Origin: an uncultured Acidobacteriota bacterium | Lineage (GTDB): Bacteria; Acidobacteriota; UBA6911; RPQK01; JAPXNP01 | Assembly (NCBI GenBank): GCA_963777605.1 | Contig: CAVZRV010000007.1 | Coordinates: 576,001-640,000 of the forward strand | Length of the DNA stretch: 64,000 nt | Reading direction: 5' to 3' | In this document: positions 53,058 to 62,272 of the stretch, in pieces | How the letters are laid out: every line of letters starts with the position of its first letter | Position numbering within the stretch: the first letter of the stretch is position 1 | Notes under the pieces: generated by a model | Told to the model about the DNA's origin: nothing | Database searches by the model: none | Seen by the model: the letters and a program-made list of their open reading frames with translations, nothing else | Program-made: the position numbers and the translations under genes

Positions 53058-54038
53058 CTAGGCCTCTTCCGACGACCGGTCGCGACGACGTTTGAAGATC
53101 CAGGAAACGCCGATGCTGATGGTGTAGAGGAACACCATCGGGCCGCTCCAGAGAAAGAGATTGAACGGGTCCGTGGTAGGTGAAACAACAGCGGCGATAA
53201 TAGTGATGATCAGGAATGCGTAGCGGAAGTTCTTCCAGAGGAACCCCGGAGTCACGAACCCGAACATCGACAGGAAGGCAACGAGGACCGGCAACTGAAA
53301 GATGACTCCCATCCCGATGATGATCAGCAGTGCGAAGTCGAAAAAGTCGATCGCTGAGATCATCGGTTGGAACTCCTTGCCGAACTCGACGAGCAGGAAG
53401 TTCAAAGCCGGCGGGAGGACGACGTAGTATGCAAAGCTTCCGCCAAGCAGAAACAAAACCGTCGTACTCATCAGAAAGGGGAGCGCAAAACGCTTTTCCT
53501 TTCGATACAAACCCGGTGCGATAAACATCCAGACTTGGGACAGGATGATCGGCGCAGCCAGGAATATAGCGGCGGTGAACGAGACCTTCAGGTAGATGGT
53601 GAAGGGCTCAGTCGGCTTGATGACGACCAACTTATCGACGACACCCTTGATGGGGGCTGACAGGAACGCGAAGATCTGTTCACGGAAAATCCAGCCCAAC
53701 ACGAAGGTCACCAGGATCGAGGCCACCGAGTAAAGAATGCGTCGCCTCAACTCGTCGAGGTGCTCGAGGAAGGTCATCCGGCCACCCAGGTCCCGGTCGC
53801 CCAAATCAGAGAACAAGCCGTCCTCGTCTTCGTCCTCATCCTGTTCCTTCTTTTTGGGCTTCGGAGAGTCCGGAGAAGGTTCTTCTGGAGACGACTGGGC
53901 TACCGTCTTCGGTTCGACGACGTCGGGTTGATCGGGTTCCTGCTCTTCAGCTTGCTGGGACTCCGGAGAGTTCTCCTCCGGGGTGTCCGGTGCATCACCG
54001 TCTGCAGAATGATTCTGGGGCTTATCGGAGTCCGTCAT
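53058..54038 (-). CDS. tatC: Twin-arginine translocase subunit TatC
   Basis: HLDELRRR, FIAPGLY..EK, FQLP and SPTTDP motifs; long acidic N-terminus. Confidence 0.96.
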   Translation of the reverse strand: MTDSDKPQNHSADGDAPDTPEENSPESQQAEEQEPDQPDVVEPKTVAQSSPEEPSPDSPKPKKKEQDEDEDEDGLFSDLGDRDLGGRMTFLEHLDELRRRILYSVASILVTFVLGWIFREQIFAFLSAPIKGVVDKLVVIKPTEPFTIYLKVSFTAAIFLAAPIILSQVWMFIAPGLYRKEKRFALPFLMSTTVLFLLGGSFAYYVVLPPALNFLLVEFGKEFQPMISAIDFFDFALLIIIGMGVIFQLPVLVAFLSMFGFVTPGFLWKNFRYAFLIITIIAAVVSPTTDPFNLFLWSGPMVFLYTISIGVSWIFKRRRDRSSEEA

Positions 54039-54062
54039 TGAGCAAAGGCGGCCGAGGCGGGG

Positions 54063-54278
54063 TCAGGGCTTCATATCTTCCTGAATCTTACGGAGTTCGT
54101 CCTCTTCAGTCCGAACTTCCTCTTCCCATGTCTTCTTCAGTTCGTTCGTGGCCCGCTTGAATTCGGCCAGGCTCTTACCGAGAGACTTGCCCAACTCGGG
54201 GAGCTTTCTCGGACCGAACACGAGAAGAGCGATCACAAAAATGACAACAAGCTCGGGGAAACCAAGATTCCATCCCAT
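54063..54278 (-). CDS. tatA: Twin-arginine translocase subunit TatA/B
   Basis: LGFPEL...[17 protein letters not shown]. Confidence 0.92.
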   Translation of the reverse strand: MGWNLGFPELVVIFVIALLVFGPRKLPELGKSLGKSLAEFKRATNELKKTWEEEVRTEEDELRKIQEDMKP

Positions 54279-54421
54279 AGCGATTCCGTGCAAAGCCAGT
54301 GTAAGTTACGCTCATTGCCCAAGTCAACCAAGGCGGCCCAACGAGCAACTGCCGCCCCGGATTCCATCAAGTCAAATGCTATACTAACAGGAGTCGTCAG
54401 GCTTCAGAGGAATTGGTATCA

Positions 54422-56089
54422 ATGAAAATTAGACTTGGAACCGTGTTGGTGTTCACAATCGCCGCTGCCGCACTTCTCGGCGGGTTTCTGGGACAGCGCG
54501 TCAATGCTGAGCCTCCGCTCGAGGACGGCACCGAACAGATTCTCCAGAATTTCACCTCGGTGTTCGCATCTATCGAGCAGAATTACGCGGGCAATGTGAA
54601 ACCGGACGACTTGGTCCAGAACGCGGTTCAGGGCATGTTGAGGACGCTTGATCCACACAGCTCGTTCTTTTCGACCGCCGACTTCGACCGGCTCCAGGAG
54701 GAGCAGAAAGGCAAGTACTACGGTCTCGGAATCACCATCCGTCCCGAGTCTCCGGGAAGCGGCCGCGTTGTTGTGGTTGAACCACCCGCACCGGGTTCAC
54801 CTGCTTACCGGGCCGGTCTTCGGGCCGGCGACGTGATTGCAGAAATCGAAGGAAAGCCGATCGACGATTGGGATCTCAACACCGAAGTAATCCCCAACCT
54901 GAAGGGCCCCCAGGGCACCACCGTAAACATCACGGTGGAACGCCCGGGCGAGGACGAGGCGCTCCAGTTCACGGTCGAGCGGGACGAAATTCCGATGTAC
55001 ACGATCAAGTACGCGTTCCGGATTCGGCCCCAGGTTGGGTATATCCGGATTGCCCGCTTCGCGGAAACCACCGGCCGGGAGCTCGACAACGCTCTGGATG
55101 CCCTTGATGAATCGACCCTTTCGGGCCTGATCCTCGATCTGCGTGACGATCCGGGAGGGGCTCTGAGCCAGGCACTGGCAGTGTCGGATCGTTTCCTGGA
55201 CGCAGGACAACTGATCGTCTCGACCCGGTCCCGAAACGGGAAAGAAAGCCGGGATTACAAGGCCAAACGCAATCAGCGCTACCACTATCCGATGGTAGTG
55301 CTGATCAACCAGAACAGCGCCAGCGCCAGTGAAATCGTTTCCGGTGCCTTGCAGGACCACGACCGGGCCCTCATTCTCGGCGAAACGAGTTTCGGGAAAG
55401 CCCTCGTGCAGACCATTTTCCCGCTGCAGGGGAACCGGGCCCTGGCGTTGACTACCGGGCGCTACTACACGCCGAGCGACCGCTTGATCCAGCGGGACTA
55501 TTCGGTCGGATTCTGGGAGTACTACAACCATCGCCAGTCGGATCAGGACGTCAAGCACTCCTCCGACGAGAAGGCCTATTTCACGGATGGTGGTCGAATC
55601 GTCTACGGTGGTGGCGGCATCTCACCGGACGAGAAAGTTGATCTCGACCGCATTCCCCTGACAACCCGGAAGATTCAGCGCAAGAACCTGTTCCGGAAGT
55701 ACGCCTCCAAGGTCTACTCGGGTGAGATAAAGAGCGATCTCCTGGAAGGAATGCCGTCGGATATCGACAGCCAGGATGACGAAGATGTCGTCAACGCAAT
55801 CGCCGCTCTTCAGATCGGCGAAAGGGCGCTTGCAGATTTTCGAAACTACGCCAAGAAAGCGGAACTGGACTTCACCGACGACGAGTGGAGCGAGGCCCAA
55901 CGGGTTACCGCCAACTTCCTGAAACAGGAACTACTCCTCCTGGTTGTAGGGGATGAAGCCAGCTACCGGGTTGCACTCGAACTGGACAATCAGGTGCAGA
56001 CCGGAATCGAACGACTGCCGCAGGTGACGTCACTTCTTCAGAAATCGATTGCCGAAGCCCGCTCCAACAGCAGCAGTCAGAGGGATTAG
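54422..56089 (+). CDS. S41A C-terminal processing protease with PDZ domain
   Basis: LDPHS, GLGI, LDLRDDPGG, SASASEIV.GALQD, FGKALVQ and YYTPS motifs. Confidence 0.93.
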   Translation: MKIRLGTVLVFTIAAAALLGGFLGQRVNAEPPLEDGTEQILQNFTSVFASIEQNYAGNVKPDDLVQNAVQGMLRTLDPHSSFFSTADFDRLQEEQKGKYYGLGITIRPESPGSGRVVVVEPPAPGSPAYRAGLRAGDVIAEIEGKPIDDWDLNTEVIPNLKGPQGTTVNITVERPGEDEALQFTVERDEIPMYTIKYAFRIRPQVGYIRIARFAETTGRELDNALDALDESTLSGLILDLRDDPGGALSQALAVSDRFLDAGQLIVSTRSRNGKESRDYKAKRNQRYHYPMVVLINQNSASASEIVSGALQDHDRALILGETSFGKALVQTIFPLQGNRALALTTGRYYTPSDRLIQRDYSVGFWEYYNHRQSDQDVKHSSDEKAYFTDGGRIVYGGGGISPDEKVDLDRIPLTTRKIQRKNLFRKYASKVYSGEIKSDLLEGMPSDIDSQDDEDVVNAIAALQIGERALADFRNYAKKAELDFTDDEWSEAQRVTANFLKQELLLLVVGDEASYRVALELDNQVQTGIERLPQVTSLLQKSIAEARSNSSSQRD

Positions 56090-56113
56090 GGCAACTCACT
56101 CCACCGGGACACT

Positions 56114-57043
56114 ATGAAATTCTGCACGTTTATTCGGGAGGGGCAGACGTGCCCCGGCTTTGAGTTGCAGGGACGATGGATCGTCGGACTCAGGGAAGCC
56201 GGCCTGGCGTTGGTGGAGTCGGGGAGGGTCCCCAAAGATGCGCGTTCCATCATCGAATTGCCCGACCTGAAGAGCTGGCTTTCGCAGGGAACCGAAGCAT
56301 TCGAGATCGCGAGCCTGATTCACGACCTGGTCTCCGAGAAGTTTCCCGGCGTCTACCCCCGAAACCGGACTCGCCTGATCGCTCCACTTCCCGACCCGGG
56401 CAAGATCATTGCCGTCGGCCTTAACTACCGGAAGCATGCGGAAGAGCAGAATACTCCGCTCCCTACGTCACCCCTGATTTTTGCGAAGTTCCCGAGTGCC
56501 GTCATCGGACCGGACGAACCGATCAAGCTTCCGGCCATCAGCCGGCAGGTGGACGTGGAGGCCGAGTTGTGTGCAGTCGTGACCCGACGTTCCAGGAACG
56601 TCACCGCACAAACGGCCGCCTCTTCACTGGCCTATTGTGTCGGCAACGATGTCAGCGCCCGGGACCTCCAGTATTCCGACCGTCAATGGGTCCGAGGCAA
56701 ATCCTGTGACACATTCGCCCCCCTGGGTCCGTGGATCGTCACTGCGGATGAAGTCGGTGATCCCCACTCGCTCGCGATTGAGCTGAAGGTGGACGACGAA
56801 ATCCGGCAGAGCGCGAATACCTCGGACATGATTTTCACCTGTTTCGACCTGGTGGAGTATCTGTCCCGTTGCATCACGCTCGAACCTGGTGATGTGATCT
56901 TCACCGGGACACCTTCCGGGGTTGGAGTCTTCCGGGAACCGCCCCTGTTCCTGGAACCCGGGCAACTGGTTACGGTCACCATCGAAAAGCTGGGGACCCT
57001 GACCAACCCGGTCGTGACCGATACTATTTCCGTTCCCAGATGA
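56114..57043 (+). CDS. Fumarylacetoacetate hydrolase family protein
   Basis: GLNY..H, EAEL, NDVSARD, GKSCDTF.PLGP and TGTPSGVG motifs. Confidence 0.93.
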   Translation: MKFCTFIREGQTCPGFELQGRWIVGLREAGLALVESGRVPKDARSIIELPDLKSWLSQGTEAFEIASLIHDLVSEKFPGVYPRNRTRLIAPLPDPGKIIAVGLNYRKHAEEQNTPLPTSPLIFAKFPSAVIGPDEPIKLPAISRQVDVEAELCAVVTRRSRNVTAQTAASSLAYCVGNDVSARDLQYSDRQWVRGKSCDTFAPLGPWIVTADEVGDPHSLAIELKVDDEIRQSANTSDMIFTCFDLVEYLSRCITLEPGDVIFTGTPSGVGVFREPPLFLEPGQLVTVTIEKLGTLTNPVVTDTISVPR

Positions 57044-57968
57044 AGGCGTGAAAGGTCTTGAGGATCTCGAAGCCTTTTCGCAGGTAGAGGCGAAACGCCC
57101 GGTCGTTCCCTTCCGAGACAGAAAGGGTAACCCGCGCCAGCCCCTTTTCCCGGCATTGCGCCAGATAGGTGTCGATCAAGGCCGAGCCAAGGCCCCGTCC
57201 CTGACAGTCTCTCCGGATAGAAATCTGGGGGATCATCGCGGTCTCCGGTGCGATTCGGGTTCCCAGGAGAACCCCGCAAACCTTGCCCTTTGCATCAACC
57301 GCAACCAGCGTGTCCTCGCCGAAGAACCGTCCACAGGCCGGGTTTTCGATCAGGTTTCGAACGAATCTCAGGCAGCCCTGGCGGGTCTGGTAGTCCCAGC
57401 AAATCGTTGAATCGAAAGACCCCCGGTAACTGTCGTAGATCACTTCGGATGCCGGCCCGATGAACTTGTCCTGCCAGTGCGTGAGCTGCCACGCCGGCTT
57501 TCCCATCCCCAAATTCCCGACAGCGGGAACCAGGGCACTGCCCAAATCGCAAACCAGGAAGTGACGGCGAAGAGCGCCGAAACTACAGGCCGCAAACAAG
57601 GATCGAAACTGGTAGTTGAACTCGAACAACTGCGTCTCCACCCGTTCAACACCGGGAACTCCGATGATCGTCTCCGCTGCGCGCTGAAGAAGAATCCCGT
57701 ACGGGTCCGGTCCCGCTTTCCGGTCGAGAACGTACAGGCCTCCGATGAATGAGACAGGGCGGTCCACGACGTAATAGGAATACCCAATCACTTCGTCTCC
57801 CGACTGCAGGACGTATCCCGGCAACGCCTTGGCCAGGATAAAGCCCTTGATCACGTTCAGCGTGGACCGGTAGTCCCAGAAAACCGAGTCTGTCCAGTGG
57901 CGGACCTCCTCTTCGAAGAGAGGGTTGAGCTTCTCAAGTGGACAGTCACGGAGAGGGATGATCTGCAT
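57024..57968 (-). CDS. Tandem GNAT acetyltransferase
   Basis: QGRGLGSAL and N..A..LY.RKGF motifs. Confidence 0.85.
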   Translation of the reverse strand: MQIIPLRDCPLEKLNPLFEEEVRHWTDSVFWDYRSTLNVIKGFILAKALPGYVLQSGDEVIGYSYYVVDRPVSFIGGLYVLDRKAGPDPYGILLQRAAETIIGVPGVERVETQLFEFNYQFRSLFAACSFGALRRHFLVCDLGSALVPAVGNLGMGKPAWQLTHWQDKFIGPASEVIYDSYRGSFDSTICWDYQTRQGCLRFVRNLIENPACGRFFGEDTLVAVDAKGKVCGVLLGTRIAPETAMIPQISIRRDCQGRGLGSALIDTYLAQCREKGLARVTLSVSEGNDRAFRLYLRKGFEILKTFHAFIWERK

Positions 57969-58067
57969 TTCCGGCCATTATTGCACTCCGAATCAGAGCC
58001 GTCACCCGGAAGCTTATCTCCGACCGCACGGAAGCCAGAAACTCCCCAATTGCAAATGCCTGCAAGT

Positions 58068-58097
58068 TTGCCAGGTCAGAAGGCGGAGATCTATAAT
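58068..58097 (+). promoter_or_regulatory. Sigma70-type promoter, near-leaderless
   Basis: TTGCCA-N18-TATAAT, ending 9 nt before ATG 58107. Confidence 0.55.
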
Positions 58098-58106
58098 CTA
58101 AAAGTA

Positions 58107-59054
58107 ATGAACATAAGGATTCATCCCCGCAACCTGGATCTTCTCAAGACGCAAGAAAACCTGATCGATCGCCATTGCGCGAAAATACGCAAGATGCTGA
58201 CGAGCTTTTCACCCGACACCATGGATTTGGACATCAGCCTGGAGAAGCTTCCGCGTGGAAGCCAGTACCAGACTGCCCTGGTGTTGGCTCTCCCTCAACG
58301 CACGATCAAGGTCGAGGAACTCGAGCATAACCCAACAACCAGCCTGGTCCGCGCCTTTGCCGAATTGCGTCGCCGGGTCAAGAGGTTCAAGAGCCAACTG
58401 AACCGGGAACGGCTCTGGCACAAGCAACCTCCGACGACCGAATCGGTTCCGCTAACCCGATGGGAAATCGAGGCGGAGGCCAATGAACACCTGGAAAAAC
58501 TCGAGAACTACGTGCGACGCGAAATTTACTACCAGGTGATTCAGGGCCAGCTTCCTCCCGGGATGATCGAACCTCAGGCCATCGTCGATGACGTCTTCCT
58601 TTTCATCACAAGCCGGCCCGAAGCCAAGCCTACCAGCCTCACCGTCGAACAGTGGATGATTCAGACTGCTCGCGCAATCCTGGGCCAGCGGATGGAAGAG
58701 ATCGAAGACCACCGGGACGAACTCCACGTGGAGGAGAGCGCATCCGAAAAGAGCGACTGGGAAGACGAGGATCTGAATTTCTACCAGCCCGATGAATCGC
58801 TGTCGATGGGGGACCTTTTCGAAAACGACAACGTCTCCAACCCGGAAGAGATTCTCGAGCGCGAAGAGGCGGAAGAGGAACTTCACCGATCGGTCGCAGC
58901 CCTTCCCCTGAACGTTCGTGAATCGTTCATCCTTTTTGCATTGGAAGGATTCACTTCTGACGAGGTCTCCATGATGACGGGCAGGAAGGCACAGGAGATT
59001 CTCGATGAAGTCGAGCAGGCACGGGAAATCCTCAAGAAAAACTTCACTTCATGA
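58107..59054 (+). CDS. HPF/RaiA (ribosomal S30AE)-like domain fused to ECF sigma-like regions 2 and 4
   Basis: MNIRIHPRNLDL...AFAELRRRVKRFK (HPF-like); IVDDVFL...WMIQTAR (sigma2-like); LPLNVRESFILFALEGFTSDEVS (sigma4-like). Confidence 0.75.
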   Translation: MNIRIHPRNLDLLKTQENLIDRHCAKIRKMLTSFSPDTMDLDISLEKLPRGSQYQTALVLALPQRTIKVEELEHNPTTSLVRAFAELRRRVKRFKSQLNRERLWHKQPPTTESVPLTRWEIEAEANEHLEKLENYVRREIYYQVIQGQLPPGMIEPQAIVDDVFLFITSRPEAKPTSLTVEQWMIQTARAILGQRMEEIEDHRDELHVEESASEKSDWEDEDLNFYQPDESLSMGDLFENDNVSNPEEILEREEAEEELHRSVAALPLNVRESFILFALEGFTSDEVSMMTGRKAQEILDEVEQAREILKKNFTS

Positions 59055-60238
59055 GATTTGCAGACCGACTTCAGGGAATCCAGGCATCCCTCACCATGAA
59101 GGTTATGCTGGAGGCCCAGGCGCTGCGGGCACAGGGGATCGATGTCATTGACCTCGGGCCCGGACAGCCGGACTTTCCAAGCCCGGCGGCGGCGAAAGAG
59201 GCGGGCAAGGGCGCCATCGATTCCAACTTCACCCGTTACACGCCGAGCGCCGGAATTGACGAATTGAGAGAGGCGATTGCCTTGAGGTTCAACCGGCGTT
59301 GGGGGACTTCCTACTCGATCGAAAACGTGCTCGTGTCGTCGGGAGCGAAACACTCGATTTTCAACGTCTGCATGGCCATTGTCGATGCGGGTTGCGAGGT
59401 CCTGATTCCCTCACCCTATTGGGTCACCTTCCCCGAAGTCGTCCGTATCTGCGGGGGAAACCCGGTCGAGGTCAGGACGGACGAAAAGGATCATTTCGTC
59501 CTCAACCCTCGGTCTCTCGAATCCGCCACTACCAGTAAGACCAGCAGCCTGATCATCAACTCCCCCAACAACCCGACCGGCGCGGTAATTCCGGGTAACC
59601 GGCTGGGAGAAATCGCTGAGTGGGCCCGCAAAAGAAATGTCTTCGTACTCTCTGACGAGACCTACGAGCAGTTTGTCTATGACGGTGCCAACCACGTCTC
59701 CGTTGCCTCGATGTTTGGCCCGGAGGAGGACAACTACGCTGTCGTCGGGTCGTTTTCCAAGTCCTACTCCATGACCGGCTGGCGCATCGGGTACTGCGTG
59801 GGGCCCTCGAACCTCATCGAAAAGATGAATGAACTGCAAAGCCATCAGACTGGCAACCCGGTCTCCATCTCGCAAAAAGCCGCTCTTGCCGCACTGAATG
59901 ACGACCCTTCAGGCCTTGACGCGGTGCGCCGCGAATATGGCTGGAGGCGAAAGTACGTACTCGATCGGTTGGCCGGAATCCCGGGTCTGGAATGTGCGCC
60001 ACCTGGAGGCGCATTCTATGTCTTCCCCCGGGTGAGGGATGCATTGGAGGCAGCCGGGTGTTCGAACTCGATCGAGTTTTCGCAATTCTTGCTTCGGGAT
60101 GCGCGGGTTGCTACGGTTCCCGGGTCGGCCTTCGGTTACGAGGGCCACGTTCGCATCTCCTATGCCGCTTCCCGTGCCCAACTCGCGGAGGGATTCGATC
60201 GGGTCGAGCGGTCGATTCGAAAGGCGTCCAGTCGTTAG
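59051..60238 (+). CDS. Class I PLP aminotransferase (aspartate aminotransferase-like)
   Basis: GQPDF, NSPNNPTG, DETY, SFSKSYSMTGWRIG and PGSAFG motifs. Confidence 0.94.
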   Translation: MRFADRLQGIQASLTMKVMLEAQALRAQGIDVIDLGPGQPDFPSPAAAKEAGKGAIDSNFTRYTPSAGIDELREAIALRFNRRWGTSYSIENVLVSSGAKHSIFNVCMAIVDAGCEVLIPSPYWVTFPEVVRICGGNPVEVRTDEKDHFVLNPRSLESATTSKTSSLIINSPNNPTGAVIPGNRLGEIAEWARKRNVFVLSDETYEQFVYDGANHVSVASMFGPEEDNYAVVGSFSKSYSMTGWRIGYCVGPSNLIEKMNELQSHQTGNPVSISQKAALAALNDDPSGLDAVRREYGWRRKYVLDRLAGIPGLECAPPGGAFYVFPRVRDALEAAGCSNSIEFSQFLLRDARVATVPGSAFGYEGHVRISYAASRAQLAEGFDRVERSIRKASSR

Positions 60239-60245
60239 GTCGGCG

Positions 60246-61004
60246 ATGGGTTCTCTCTCCAACATCTCGATCGTGCTGGTTCGACCCTCCGTGCCCGGGA
60301 ATATCGGCTCGGTAGCGCGGGCGATGAAGAACATGGGCCTGTCCCGCCTGAAGCTGGTGTCACCCGCCGATCCTCTGGGTCCGGAATCCCGCATGATGGC
60401 CGTCAGCGCATTCGACGTCGTCGAGCGGTCAACGATCTACGATTCGGTTGAAGATGCGCTGGCCGAAGAGCAGGTTGTGGCGGGCACAACCTCGTTCCGC
60501 GGACGAAAGGAGCGCACGCGGATCGAGGCTCCGCGCGGTATCGCCGGCAGGCTCCTGGAAGCCGCCAAATCCCAACGGGTGGCGGTTCTGTTCGGCCCGG
60601 AACGGTCGGGTCTGAACGAGGCCGAACTGGCCCTCTGCCAGCATCTCCTGTCCATTCCCGCGGCTCCCGAGTTTCCTACCCTCAACCTCGCCCAGGCCGT
60701 TCTTATTGTTTGCTACGAGTTCTACACACGCGCGCAGGACGCCGCGTCCGAGGCCGGTATCCCCTCGCTGGCCGCCCAGGAAGAGTTGTCCGGCATGTAC
60801 GACCACCTGGAACGCACCCTGGTCAACATCGGGTTCCTGAGCACGAGCAACCCCGGCCACATTATGCGGTCGATCCGGCGAATTCTCTCCAAGTCCGAGA
60901 TGACCTCACGTGATGTGAGGATCCTCAGGGGCATCGCCAGGCAGATGGACTGGTATATCGAACAGGGCCGAAAGCTTGCCCCGGAACGAGTGCGCAAGCC
61001 TTGA
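60246..61004 (+). CDS. trmJ: SPOUT RNA methyltransferase, TrmJ/LasT-type
   Basis: GNIGSVARAMKNMG, FGPERSGL and LNLAQAV...YE motifs. Confidence 0.88.
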   Translation: MGSLSNISIVLVRPSVPGNIGSVARAMKNMGLSRLKLVSPADPLGPESRMMAVSAFDVVERSTIYDSVEDALAEEQVVAGTTSFRGRKERTRIEAPRGIAGRLLEAAKSQRVAVLFGPERSGLNEAELALCQHLLSIPAAPEFPTLNLAQAVLIVCYEFYTRAQDAASEAGIPSLAAQEELSGMYDHLERTLVNIGFLSTSNPGHIMRSIRRILSKSEMTSRDVRILRGIARQMDWYIEQGRKLAPERVRKP

Positions 61005-61061
61005 TGGCCTGTCCCACGTCGAAACCAGATACGGTGCGCGCCGCCCCGAAACCCAAAGCGC

Positions 61062-62270
61062 CTATTGCCTGAGAATGAGCGCTGCGTTGTTTCCATCGCA
61101 ACTGAAGCCGGTTACCAGAACGTAGTCACCTGCGAGCCGTTGTGACTCCGCCGACAACTTGAGGTCCTCCGGCACTTCTTCGACCCCGGCTGTCGGGGGA
61201 AGTTCTCCACTCTCCAGCGCGCAGACTGCAACCGTGGCTGCGATCGCCGAGGATACTCCCAGCGCTTCGCCGCCGACCGCCTTGGGACAGGCAACGGGGA
61301 TTCCGGCAAGTCCGGACCCAAAGACCGCACGCAGCGCTTTCAGCTCCATTTCGTCCCCGGCCCTGCTGCCGCTGGCCCCGGAGACAATACCACCGATCTC
61401 CTCAGGTCCAATCCCGGCATCAACCAGTGCGCCTTGCATTGCTCTTACTGCCCCATCGGGCCGGGACGAGAACCGGGAGACAGAATGAGCGTCCTGGGCA
61501 TTGCCAAATCCGACCAGTCTGGCCAGCACGGGGGCGCTGCGCTCGGCCGCGTCCTCGGCTCGCTCGAGAACCAGCAATGCCGAACCTTCGCCCAGCACAA
61601 CGCCATCCCGAGTTGCCGAGAATGGCTTCACCCGACCGGTCTCGCTGAGCCACCCGTTCTTCCGAAAGCCGAGATAGGACTCCTCGGCAATCTCCTCTAC
61701 TCCGCCGGCGAGAAGCATCGATGCCCGTCCGAATCGCAGAGCATCGGAAGCATACTGGAGGGCAAGCAGGCCCGAGGCCAGTCCCGCCGAAATGGTCGAG
61801 TTGATGCCTCGAAGCTTGTGCCGGATAGCCGCCTGACCGGCGGGGGAGTTGATTACAGTGTTGGTAAACGCCATCGGGTTGACATACTTGACGCCATCCT
61901 CGAGGCCGCTCCAGTCGAAGGAAGCGATGCTGTGGACGCTTCCAAAGATGGTCCCACAGACGAGCCCTTCCTCCGGCTTTCCTTCACCGTCGTCGCTCAC
62001 CTCGCGGCCTACCGAAGAAAGCGCCAGCTGGGCAGCCACCGCCAGGAGGCGGGCGCTGCGGTCCAGTACCCTGATCCCCTTGGGGCCAAGCCAGGTCTGA
62101 GGTTTGAAATCCTGCACCTCGAAAACGGCGGGGCCGGTTTCCCCAATTTCGATTACGGAACTCGGCTTCACCTCGGGAACGGCTCTAAAAAGGGTCTTCC
62201 TGAATTCCTCCAGACCGGCCCCAAGTGGAGTAATCAAACCTGCTCCGGTAACAACAATCTCACTCGTCAT
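61062..62270 (-). CDS. Ketosynthase-like protein lacking the catalytic triad (chain-length-factor-like)
   Basis: KS fold (VTGAG, GEGSA, GNNAAL). C-H-H is replaced: AGLASG for TACAAG, SGASGS for AHGTGT, GEALG for GHTMG. Confidence 0.85.
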   Translation of the reverse strand: MTSEIVVTGAGLITPLGAGLEEFRKTLFRAVPEVKPSSVIEIGETGPAVFEVQDFKPQTWLGPKGIRVLDRSARLLAVAAQLALSSVGREVSDDGEGKPEEGLVCGTIFGSVHSIASFDWSGLEDGVKYVNPMAFTNTVINSPAGQAAIRHKLRGINSTISAGLASGLLALQYASDALRFGRASMLLAGGVEEIAEESYLGFRKNGWLSETGRVKPFSATRDGVVLGEGSALLVLERAEDAAERSAPVLARLVGFGNAQDAHSVSRFSSRPDGAVRAMQGALVDAGIGPEEIGGIVSGASGSRAGDEMELKALRAVFGSGLAGIPVACPKAVGGEALGVSSAIAATVAVCALESGELPPTAGVEEVPEDLKLSAESQRLAGDYVLVTGFSCDGNNAALILRQ

Positions 62271-62272
62271 CG

